In this document: positions 13,936-25,210 of the stretch, in pieces
How positions within the stretch are numbered: the first letter of the stretch is position 1
Layout: every line of letters starts with the position of its first letter
Source: Octopus sinensis
Taxonomy: Eukaryota
DNA length: 64,000 nt
NCBI RefSeq assembly: GCF_006345805.1
Contig: NC_043004.1
Coordinates: 99,634,001-99,698,000, forward strand
Direction: 5' to 3'
Position numbers and translations under genes: made by a program
The notes under the pieces: model-generated
The model's database searches: none
What the model was told of the DNA's origin: nothing
What the model saw: the letters and a program-made list of their open reading frames with translations, nothing else

Positions 13936-14599
13936 CATACATACATACATACGTACGTACGTGTGTCTCTGTGTTCCTGTGTGCTCCTGTTTATTTACAA
14001 TACGTTTCTGAGCGTTTGCGCATGTGAACTGTGAGGAAGCAGCATTTCTCAAACGGCACTTAAATTATCACATGTGGTGATATGCGAATTTATTGTACGA
14101 CGTTCTTAAACATATATTCAAATAACTGTTGTCGTTTACATTATGCTTAAACGGATTGTAAAGAATATTTTAACATTGGGAACAATTAGCTGCTAACTTA
14201 AAATATAAAGAAAGCAGATAGTTACAAATACAAATTGAATCAGGCTATGAAATAAACTTTAGAGTAAATGCAGTTATCCGTTTGTATAATTTCTGTTTCC
14301 TATATCTTCTGCGAACACAAATACATACGCTCAAACATCCTTTTACAGGTTTCAAACAGTGCAAGATATAATACAAGAAGCAAAGACACACAGACACACA
14401 CTTGCATATGCGCGCGCACACACATACCGACACACTCACACTCACACAGGTATATATATCCTTATATCAGCAATAATAAGGATTATCAAAAAGTCGCATT
14501 GCATTACGTTTAATTCTTTATATATGTATGTAAACGTTTGAGGTATTCGCTTACTCTTTATAAATATATATCATTCGCCATGCTGGACCACTGAATTCA

Positions 14600-14765
14600 G
14601 AACTTTTTCTTTCATTCTCTTGCTATTTGTTTCCTCTTACTCCTTTCTGTCGAAGAGCGTAGGCTTGAAACGTAAAAGACATTTCCATTTCTCCTGAGCG
14701 TCAAACTAATACACTTTCTTGTTGTTCCTACACCAGTCTTCATCTTTGTTTTTCTATAAATTTGA
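14600..14765 (+). mobile_element. Penelope-like tail fragment with hammerhead-like motif (14643-14678)
   Basis: CTTT-CTGTCGA-A-GAGC-GTAG-GCTT-GAAAC-GTA-AAAG; same family at 20585-20770 (-) and 22591-22746 (+). The PLE assignment is inferred from the motif. Confidence 0.6.
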
Positions 14766-14792
14766 ACTATACACACACACACATACATATAC

Positions 14793-14841
<49 letters not shown>

Positions 14842-14867
14842 ATATATATTATATATATATATATATT

Positions 14868-15402
14868 AATTAGAGATAAAACCACTATTAGGCAAATCAA
14901 ACAGTGAAAAACATAAGCCAATACATAAAATTAATTTAAAATATAAAAGTTATTTAAATAAATTAAACTTATAAATTGTATATATATATACAAATATATA
15001 TATATATGTATGTATGTATATTTTTATATTTACAAATTATTTAATTTATTAATAAATTAATTAATTTATTTATTTTTTTATTTTTTATTTTTTATATATA
15101 TATATATATATATCAAAAGTATTAAAAGTTTAATAAAATAATATCTTTTATTAAACTTTTAATACTTTTGATATATATATATAAAAAATAAATAAATAAA
15201 TAAATTAATTAATTAATTAAATAATTAATAGATAAATAAAATAATATATAAATATAAAAATATACATACATACATTAAAATTTATAAGTTTAAATTATTT
15301 AAATAATTTATTATTTTTAACTTTTATATTCTAAATTAATTTTATGTACTGGCTTATGTTTTTCACTGTTTGATTTGCCTAATAGTGGTTTTATCTCTAA
15401 TT
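14868..15402. repeat. 535-bp imperfect palindrome (inverted duplication of module X)
   Basis: Left arm AATTAGAGATAAAACCACTATTAGGCAAATCAAACAGTGAAAAACATAAGCC... is the reverse complement of the right arm; 7-nt spacer at 15139-15145; the forward module continues to about 15495. Confidence 0.95.
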
Positions 15403-15670
15403 TAGTATAATATAATATAATATATTTATACTATAAAATTGGATTTAATCCTAAATCTCATTTTTCCCTGTAAGTTTGGATTTATTCCCTAATATTATTA
15501 TATATATATATATATATATAATATATATATATATAATATATATATATATAATATATATATATATGTAAGTATGTTTGTATATGTATATATGTATGTGTGC
15601 AAATATATATATATATATAGGTACACATACATATTTCATATATATGATATATACTTATGTATATATATAT

Positions 15671-15702
<32 letters not shown>

Positions 15703-16399
15703 AACACGCACCTATATATATATGTATCTAAACAGTCGTCTCTATATATTTCTCTATGGACATACAAATCGAATGACTTTGATTTGATTTTCGCACTGAT
15801 TGGGAATTTCGTCAGAGCCCATATACCCTCATGTGTCTGCACATCTCTCAATATCTGTCCACAGGGGAATGCTTTTATAAATACCGTAGTATCATTGAAA
15901 CGGAAACTGGCATTCTATGCCAAGCAATCGAGACATTAAAATTAATATCATTAAACCAAAGCAGCGCAAATGTGGCAACGTAATACCTTGGCACGAGTAA
16001 CAATTGTGTATTTTACCCATGAACCTGCGACCACTAAAAGTTTGTAATTGGGTACAAAAAATCCGGTCAGTTCTAAGACTTATTGTCACAGAAATGCACA
16101 AAACAGATGTCATTAATAGTGTTAGTGCGTGTATATTTATGCGTAACTTCGGTTAAAAGGCATATTTTTTCAATCCAGATAGATATTTATCATATAACTA
16201 TGCTGAGTAATTCTGATTACTAAATATGTGTGTGTTGTGTGTGTGTACGAATATATGTATGCATACACACACACATATACATATACATATAAACTGTAAG
16301 CATATATAGACAAACGTGCATAAATATATGATTATATGTACACAGATGCATACATCCATACGCACATACTCACATACACACACATACATGCATAACGAT

Positions 16400-16710
16400 A
16401 AACGACGCCCCGTTCAAGCCTAGCCAGGATCATGGGCCCGGTTTCCCGGTTTCTATGGCGTATGTGTTCCCCCCCAGCTGGACGGGACGCCAGTCCATCA
16501 CAGCGTTACTCAAAAAACAGGAAGAGAGAGTGAGAGAAAGTTGTAGCGAAAGAGTACAACAGGGATCGCCACCACCTTCTGACAGAGCTTCGTGGAGCTT
16601 TTAGGTGTTTTCGCTCAATAAACAAACACAACGCCCGGTCTGGGAATCGAGGCCGCGATCCTACGACCGCGAGTCCGCTGCCCTAACCACTGGGCCATTG
16701 CGCCTCCACA
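16400..16710 (-). mobile_element. Family D tRNA SINE (OR1-like), tail T1
   Basis: Reverse strand TGTGGAGGCGCAATGGCCCAGTGGTTAGGGCAGCGGACTCGCGGTCGTAGGATCGCGG head; tail GATGGACTGGCGTCCCGTCCAGCTGGGG...CATAGAAACCGGG shared with 636-878. Confidence 0.88.
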
Positions 16711-18342
16711 CATATATAGATACTTACATACATACATACATACATACACTTGATTGTTGCGAAAGAGCACACCTTACACACGCCAGAAGAATGACGAAAA
16801 TGAGTCTTTTTGATCAACTTTGTCTGTTGGACCAAGGCAGCACATATTAGTTAATTATTTTATGTTAAACAATTAGGTGGTCTTCTTGTCTTCTACTGGA
16901 TGCGTTGGTTGATAATTATGCTTTACGGTTTATCATTTCCAGCGTGGAAACCAGTAAGTATCTATAAGGGAAAAACTTAACTTACTTGTCATTATTATCA
17001 CGGTTAAGATGAATATGAAATACACTTAGAAGTGTCAAAAGTACAAACCTTTAGCTAATACTATTAGAGAAAACTAGGGAAGTAAGATTACATGTGTTGA
17101 TGTTATATATTTTTGTATAACGTCTATAAAACGCTTATATTTTACACAAAACAAATTCATTGTATTTATAAAAGAAGATATTTAAATTTCTATAAAAAGA
17201 AGAAATCTGCTTTTCAATATTCATGATTATAAAAAAAACTTAAATTGAATTAACAATTTAATGTATAAAAATAATAGGTATTTGTATCACACTTGATAAT
17301 AAAATTGAAGTAATTTTATTTTAAATCGTGTAAGAATCAAAAGCTAGTAAAGGTTAGGATGAAAGAAAAAAAATGAGGCTATAGGCAATAAGCATTTTAG
17401 ATAAGTAATTTTTTCCCCCTGTTTTCCTTGAAAAAGTTACTAAAAATAGCAAGGAAACTGTAAAAGATAAGTGGCAAAATTTATCTATTTAATCGAGAAG
17501 AAGACACTAATGTAATTTACTTTGAATTATGTTGAGACATTGCTTTACAATCACCAACAACATATTTAAATACATTACAAAAAACATGAGTTTTATAACT
17601 TATGCAGAGTAAAATAAGATTAAATTGTATGGCTACTTGTTTAAATTTATTTCGATTAAAAGAAATAAGTAAATTAAGATATGTTCAATAAGGCAGTTAA
17701 AAAATATACTAACAGTATCGCTAAATAGAGAAGATGTCTGGTTAATGTTAATCATAATCTATGGATAGCACCGGTAAACGATAAAGCAGCTAATGTGATT
17801 AACATTCAGAAGTTAGTATGAATAGTTCAAAAAGGAAAATAGATACAAGTTATTGAAAACAGAATCTTGTATGCAATAGTTTCTAAGAGATAAGAAAAAA
17901 TGAATTACTAGATGCTGCTACGAAAAGCAACATTCAATATATAAATTCGTGAAACAACAGTATTATTAAATTTAACAAGAACTGTGTATGATTGAGAATA
18001 AATAACATTGCAATGAATTAGTACTTGAATAGATGCAAACTAATTGAAAATAAAACAATGAGTAACTTTCCAGAAATGATTTTATTAACCACACCGCCAA
18101 CGGAAACAATATAAGAAAGATGTAGTGAATTGAAAACAGATAAATACTTTTAGTAAACGAAGCATACGAACCAAAAAATGGCAAGTAGTGTTCCATAAAA
18201 GGGTAAGTTTCAACTAAATAAATCTAGTTAAACGCAGACAAAATATACGTTCATGCATACTAACAAATATATGTGCGTGTGTGCGCGTGTGCACGTGTGC
18301 GTGCTCTTGTACGTGTATGGGTGTGCGTGTGAGTGAATATTT

Positions 18343-18410
18343 GTGCCTATGTCTGTCCTTGTTTGTCCCCTCTATGTTTAGCCACTTGTGGGTAATAAAG
18401 AAATATGTAT
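18343..18410 (+). mobile_element. Family A SINE 3' tail fragment
   Basis: TGTCTGTCCTTGTTTGTCCCCTCTATGTTTAGCCACTTGTGGGTAATAAAGAAATA. Confidence 0.8.
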
Positions 18411-18845
18411 CTTTTTGCCTTTGCATGCGTGTGTATGTGTGTGAATGATATTATTTTAAAGGACTTTTATCAATGACTGCTGATCATTGGTGAATAGTGT
18501 GACTATACTGAGAGTAGAGTAAAATCTTTGTGAAGATAAGGTTGATTGTGCCACATGTAACATGTATACTCTTCAATTCTACGCGACCGCTCATACAGAA
18601 GATTACCCGCATCTTGCTAAAGGAACTATGAAAAATAGCCCAAAGTACTTAATATTAATGAGAATATATATGTAAGAAAAGTAGAAAGCGTTTACTTATC
18701 ATGAGCTGTTGTAATGCCATAAAATTAGGGCCTGGAAGCGACACTCCTAAAGTTGAAAATAGTGACTTCTGATACATAGTGAGTAGCTAGACCGTTTGCA
18801 GATTTCCTCAGACAAGTGCGAGCAAGACACATGTGTAGGTATATA

Positions 18846-19200
18846 TTGGGTTGCCCGGAAGGTTCGTGTCGATTTTTAAAGGAAAGAAAAAGGTCAATAA
18901 ATACTTGCCATTACATTTTTAATCAACCAAATATGAACCATTTTGTTGTACAATGCATCGCTCTCTTTCCTTTAACTTGAAAATACTCTCTTCCCAGAAT
19001 TGAGGTGGTTTCATGGCAAAGAATTCATCAATGTATCTTTTTACGTCATCCAAGGAATTGAAATTTTTAGCATTAAGACTGAATAAGTGGAAATTCGAAG
19101 ATGAATATGGAGGGTGGGGTAACACATCCCAGCCAAGCTGCAGCAATTTTTGTCTGGTTCCCAAAGCATCAAGTGCCGAAAATGAACTTTCTTGTTTTCC
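18846..19200 (-). mobile_element. Mariner transposase C-terminal remnant with one TIR
   Basis: RQKLLQLGWDVLPHPPYS...HLF...FWEESIFKLKER...IVQQNGSY matches the mariner C-terminus; TA followed by TTGGGTTGCCCGGAAGGTTCG TIR-like end at 18846. Confidence 0.88.
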
Positions 19201-19454
19201 ATTTTAAATGGTTACAGCATTAACACAGGTTATAGGAACATAAACTTTCTTCCACGAAAAGATATCTCAAACTGTGCTCTAAATGGAGGTGTAGTCAAAT
19301 CTTATTTTATGGACTCAACCATGTTCTAAAATAAGTAGAAATGTAAGCTACGATAAATCGGCACAAATATATTTTATAAGAAAGGGTAAAAACCATTAAT
19401 GATTTTACTAAGGGGTCAGCACGGAAATGAAAACCTTTTAGGTAAATTTTACAA

Positions 19455-20067
19455 ATATTTTAATAATTACATACATAACTATAACAAGGGATTGGCTATA
19501 AGCATCTCCACGCGCTAGAAAAATAGACGTCTAAAGACACTATTACTTCTTTAAAGACACCGAGAATAAAATACGGGCTGTAATCGGACAAAAGAAAACT
19601 AATGAATTAAACTTTTGGTGAACCGTGCACAAAATCCTGTTCCAAGATTAAAGCAGATCAAAGCTGCATTCACTGCAGAGTATGTTTTGATATACTACAG
19701 TGGTTGAAAAAAAGAGATGAGAATTCTACTTTACGATATATTTGTATGAGCGTGTATATATGCGTGTATATATATTGCTGTACGAAGTCGCTGCTCGTAC
19801 ACGTATGTGTAGATACTCGTCAATTTATACTATGGAATATCGTTGCTGATGAGAGCAGTAAGTGAAATTTATTCACTTAAACTTGAAAGAGCATCTTGTA
19901 CATGATTAGCCAAAAGTTAAATTCATTATCTTTCTTTTGCCCGACTACAGCTCGTGTTGTATTTTTTTAGAGTTTTTAATAGCGTCTTTAGGCGACTATT
20001 TTTCTAGCGCGTGAAGGGGCTTATAGCCAATCGCTTGTCATAATTATGCATATAATTATTAATATAT
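19455..20067. mobile_element. Foldback/long-TIR non-autonomous element (about 610-bp imperfect palindrome)
   Basis: TTGGCTATAAGC...CACGCGCTAGAAAAATAG...CTAAAGAC (19492-19538) and GCTGTAATCGGACAAAAGAAAACTAATGAATTAAACTTTTGG (19577-19618) have reverse-complement partners at about 19984-20030 and 19908-19951. Confidence 0.8.
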
Positions 20068-20286
20068 ATATATATGTGTGCGTGTGTGTGTGTGGTGGTT
20101 GTCTACTCCTTATGTACCTACACATTGGAACAATCATAGTATTTAATGTGGCTTTTTAAAACCACATCAGCAGTTTGCAATGTTTCACCAAAAGGGAGAA
20201 TTAAAAATGTCACTAGATGTGACTAGCGTGTTAGGAAACATTTGCAATTCTAGAAATAACAACTACTCTACTTTAATGCTGTAGTT

Positions 20287-20319
<33 letters not shown>

Positions 20320-20437
20320 AACAAGAGAGACAGAGAAAGGCAGAAACAAGGAAAATACCACTTATATTTGAACACTATACAAATATTCCTTTAAAAAATC
20401 TTTTCTTTTAATTTTTCTAAAGTTAATTATTTAATCG

Positions 20438-20481
20438 TTACAGTTGAAAAGGTCTCAAAATGACCGAAACTGGTACTGAAA
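20438..20481 (+). ncRNA. Decayed type I hammerhead ribozyme-like motif
   Basis: CAG-TTGAAAA-GGTC-TCAAAAT-GACC-GAAAC-TG-GTA-CTG: intact stems I and II, GAAAC and GUA; CUGAAGA box has two substitutions. Confidence 0.6.
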
Positions 20482-20526
20482 TGTTCTTTATAAAATTATT
20501 TTAGCATTTTCTATCTTGACTTGTTT

Positions 20527-20584
<58 letters not shown>

Positions 20585-20770
20585 ACGGGAAGTTTTATGA
20601 AAATAGACAAAAGACGAAGGCAGGTGGAAAACAAACGAACAATTGTATTAGTATGGCGCTCAGGAAATATAAATAAAGTCTTTAACGTTTCGAGCCTACG
20701 CTCTTCAACAGAAAGATACACAGAGAGAAGAAAAAACACAGAAAGAAGGAGAGAAAAAAAATGCGTGCAG
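20585..20770 (-). mobile_element. Penelope-like tail fragment with hammerhead-like motif (20679-20716)
   Basis: Reverse strand TCTTT-CTGTTGA-A-GAGC-GTAG-GCTC-GAAAC-GTT-AAAGA; homologous to 14600-14765. Confidence 0.65.
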
Positions 20771-21310
20771 TAGCTAACGAATCAATATATATATATATTG
20801 TTGTTAGCATCCTTTATGTCTCGGGAGACAATGGAGTGGCGCATAAAATAATCTAGTCCGGTTTTTACATTTCATGTCCTAATACATCTCCTGCCGTGGC
20901 TGTGTAGTCATTTCCTGGACAAACACTCCTTCTGGCATGTGTCGCAAATGTAGCGAACACTTTGCCTGGCTAGTTTTAATGTCATAGTTTCTTGTTGACG
21001 TCTTTTTTTGTCTTTCCATTTCTCCTAGAGATAGATAGATATACAGAAGAGTGTGTGTCTGCATCTGTCTGCGTATGCGCCTGTGTCGATTGTAAGTATT
21101 TATGTATGTATGTATGTATATATGTATGCATGTTTGTATGAATGTATTACAGGTAGACAAAAATTTGCGCAACATCTTAAGAGAATATAAAGCTCCTTGT
21201 TATAACTTTTATGAAAGTGAAAGTGCAGTTATAAGTGTAAGAAGAAAGAACTAAAACAAAGCAAGAGTCAAACTATGGCGTAAGTTTACATAGTACGTCT
21301 TTGTGTGTGC

Positions 21311-21348
<38 letters not shown>

Positions 21349-21635
21349 GTGTGTGGTAAGTAAATCCTAAATCCTATAGAGAAGCACGCCCTGAGTTACA
21401 GAGCAGGAGAGTGATTAGATAAAGAGAGTTATGACCGGTCTATGGGGGTTACTCTTAGTTTCATGTCCATAAAGCGCTTAGCTTTATAGTTTCTCTGCAG
21501 GAACTAATGAAGAGATATAATAGGCCACTGGCCGTGAGCGTCTGGAGTGTTGTAAAGCTAAGCATATTATGTACGTGAAACCTAGAAAAACCCCATAGAC
21601 CGCCCGTGATTATCATTACCTAACGCACACAGACA

Positions 21636-21782
<147 letters not shown>

Positions 21783-21783
21783 A

Positions 21784-22260
21784 TGGAAAGGTTGAAACAG
21801 CTAAGACTCTACTTCTTGGAGAGGTATGCAGTAATATATGTCTGGAAGATCCTGGAAGAAATTGTGCCAAATTTTGGCATTGCAAGCTATACCAATGCTA
21901 GAACGGGACGACACTGCATAGTGCCAACGATCCCAGCAATGCCATCACGCTTCAGGACCAGCTTCTGCAACAACCTGGGTTTCAAGGGCCCACAGCTTTT
22001 TAATATTCTCCCAAAGAGTCTGAGGAACTTGCACAAAGTAGATGTAGCGGTTTTTAAATCAAAGCTGGACATCTTCCTGTCAAGAGTCCCAGATTAACCT
22101 ACCTCACGGCAAGAGGTGCAAATGAGAGTAGCTATATCAAACTCCATTCTTCATCAAGTGCCACATATTAGACGAGGTTCTTTGCAATAACAGTGTAGCA
22201 CAAAACGGCGGTGCATCAGCATGGCCGCAGCTCTGAGCTGAAACTAGAGAGAAAAAAAAA
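21784..22260 (+). mobile_element. 5'-truncated CR1/L2-group LINE 3' end
   Basis: [27 protein letters not shown]...[17 protein letters not shown]...[16 protein letters not shown]...SNSILHQ is a typical LINE ORF2 C-terminus; premature TAA at 22095, likely true stop 22188-22190; tail 22207-22260 shared with family B SINE. Confidence 0.88.
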
Positions 22261-22289
22261 ATATATATACTTATATATATATATATATA

Positions 22290-22454
22290 TACGAAGGGCT
22301 TCTTTCAGTTTCCGTCTACCAAATTCACTTTCCAGGCTTTTGTTGGCCCGCGGTTGTGGTAGCAACACTTGGCAAAGGTGCCACGCAGTAGGACTGAACT
22401 CGGAACCTTTTGGTTGGGAAGCAAGCTACTCACCACACAGGTACTCCTGCGCTT
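22290..22454 (-). mobile_element. Family B SINE, 5' half
   Basis: Matches the family B head and body up to GAAAGAAGCCC, then (TA)n. Confidence 0.85.
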
Positions 22455-22462
22455 ATATATAA

Positions 22463-22545
<83 letters not shown>

Positions 22546-22590
22546 TATGTAAGTATGTATGTATGTATATATTAGTGGTACAACAAGGCA

Positions 22591-22746
22591 TTTCTCTCCT
22601 TGTTTTTTTCTGTGTTCCTTTCTGTGGAGAAACGTAGGCTCGCAACTTTAAAGACTTTTTCATTTGCCGAGATTTATACTAATACATGTGTTTGTTGTCT
22701 ACACCACCTTTCTTCGTCTATTGTTTTTTTTTGTGAATTCTCTCCC
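22591..22746 (+). mobile_element. Short retroposed Penelope-like tail with TSD
   Basis: Third, more decayed copy of the 14600/20585 family, flanked by TAGTGGTACAA(CAA)GGCA at 22573-22590 and 22747-22761. Confidence 0.7.
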
Positions 22747-22773
22747 TAGTGGTACAAGGCACATTTGTATTGC

Positions 22774-22842
<69 letters not shown>

Positions 22843-24999
22843 TGCATACATATATTAATATATGTCAATGAGGGTTAATTTTTTCCTTTTTTCTTCCAGT
22901 TCAAGTCTCCCTCAATACAGGGCTATTGGAATAATTATCCATAGAAACTTCTTACAGTTAATTACGTCAACAACATTCCATTCTATTCACCGTTGGCCAT
23001 ATTTGCTGCAATCTATCTGTCTATATACTTTTGAGTTCCTCCGTGAGTATATGTTGTTATTAATCATATGCAACCGTAACATTAACGTATTTGCACCAAC
23101 GTTTGAATTAGCGCGCCCGTGTGTCTGTGTGCGCACGCTCTCGCACACGTGTGTGTGCATTCATGGCTGTGTGTATATGAATATGAAATGCAGAAACGGC
23201 ATTAGCATATTGATATAATTTATAAATGTAATAAAATGATGTATAGCTCGCTTCAAATATGACTTGTTAATACAAATTTATGTTAAATAAATAATGTGTA
23301 TGCACATTGTAATTAGTTATTGAAAGCAGTTTAATGTTTTGAGACTGTCGTTATGAAATCACTGGCAGAACTGTATTAAACAAGGTATTTATATTGAATA
23401 TGAGGTAAAATACGTTGGAATAAAAGGTAAAGTTTAATGTGAATTTAATAACATAGGGAAAACGATGAAATAAATCTGAACATAGTGGATATAGAGGGGA
23501 GACTAACTAACGGGGTAAAGAAGTTATATGATACAAACTTTAGATTAAATATAACAAGAAATATATAAACGTGATGCAATCGAATATTTTGGAATTATCT
23601 TATGGGTTACAGCTAGATAAATAAAATGCGAGGTGTCAACTATTTCTGGATAAAATTAATAATTTAGATAGACATAAGAAAGGGGTGCTAAAGTACAAAT
23701 TGAAATATATGGTTTTATTGTAAATTGTAAGTAGGGAGTTATGTAAGTCAATAAATATGAATTACATAGTCTGAGAATTGTATTTATATTGGATATGTGT
23801 AAAGAACAAAGTTCTAATCTAATAAGTTAGGGTCAAGTTTATCTGCAATATTATAAAAAGTCGACAAGTTATAAGAATTGAAAAATGTACTGGCTGTTAT
23901 TGAAAATACACTACTGATTAAGGTATGAAGGAACTTGATACTGAAGTAGTTTACTATTTATTTGGTTGGAAATTCAAAAATATAATATCATAGAATGTAG
24001 AAGTTGTTAACGCCATACAAATATAGCCACAGGAATTCTGGGTGTGTTAAATATAAAATATTACATATCAAATATAATAAAATAGTTTAGAAATCTGAAG
24101 TTCCGTTGGCGAAAAGACGTGACTAATTCGATTAAAATCGCAGAATGGATTTCCATATAATTCTAATGTGCAAATCTTACACAGAATTTTATTGTTTGTG
24201 TAGATTTTAATGAAAGATAACATTTTCCAATTAATACTAAAAGGAATGTTGATTAACGATAAAGGCCAGGTGTGCCTCTGTAGCGATGCATCAGCTTTTC
24301 ACATTGGGTTTATAAACCTGCGTTTACTGATAAAATCGTTGAGCAAAGGTTGACCAGCGCACAATTGTTCGTTTACATTACATTTCCCTGCAAGTGGTCT
24401 TGAATCAATTACAATTTGTAGCCTGATTTTTTTTTTTATTTGAAAACGTTATAGTTAGTTAGAGTTAGTACACAATTCTGAATAAAACTTTTTATAATGG
24501 TTTTTAATAGAAGTTTGAAGAAATGTTTAATCTTGTATGCTAAAGAATCCACCATATGATACTTTTCCATATCCAATTTTTGTTGAAACTACATGCAAAT
24601 TCTATAATACTTTTTCAGTATTGCCCCTTTTGTGCTGGTGTTTCGCTATAATACCTAGGTGTCTCACTAAAAACATTTATTTGAAAATAATGTGTATACA
24701 TACTGTGTAAGGGAAATCTTTTAAACTGAATATTAATCGAGAAAACTAGCTTTGTTTTAACACATATGAAGATTCTTATGGGATTTCAGTGGTTTACTAG
24801 GTGAAAACCCATAGTAATAACAAAATATACTTTTTTCTGCGGAAATGTAATGATTGCTTCTATAAGGCATGTAAAGTGTATAAACCCACAGCTTAATATT
24901 TCGACCCTCTACATATACGGGCAGACAAACCTCTATTTTGGTTAACTTCATTTTGTGAGGAAACAGAGTTTTCTAACGTGAAATATAAAATCAATACAA

Positions 25000-25210
25000 G
25001 ACGGCGAGCTGGCAAAATCGTTAGCACGAGGGGCAAATTGATTAGCAGAATTTCGTCCGTTTTAATGTTCTATTTTCAAATTCCACCAAGGTCGACTGTA
25101 CCTTTCATCATTACGGGGTTTATCAAGCAAGTACCAGTTGAGCACTAGGATCGATGTAATCAACTTATCTCCAACACCTATTTTACTGGCTTTGTACTAA
25201 AAATTGAAAT
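25000..25210 (+). mobile_element. Family A SINE, older subfamily tail
   Basis: GACGGCGAGCTGGCAAAATCGTTAGCACG head and GGTCGAC...GTACCAGTTGAGCACT body. Confidence 0.8.

Noticed and set aside
16986-17048. Upstream minus-strand exon for the 10719-11781 candidate (strong CAA/GTAAGT donor, phase-compatible)
   Set aside because: Requires a weak AAG acceptor while better upstream AGs give stops; too many free choices.
19841-19880. CTGATGA...GAAAT as a hammerhead
   Set aside because: Stem II cannot close next to GAAA; the segment folds as two unrelated hairpins and lies inside the foldback element arm.
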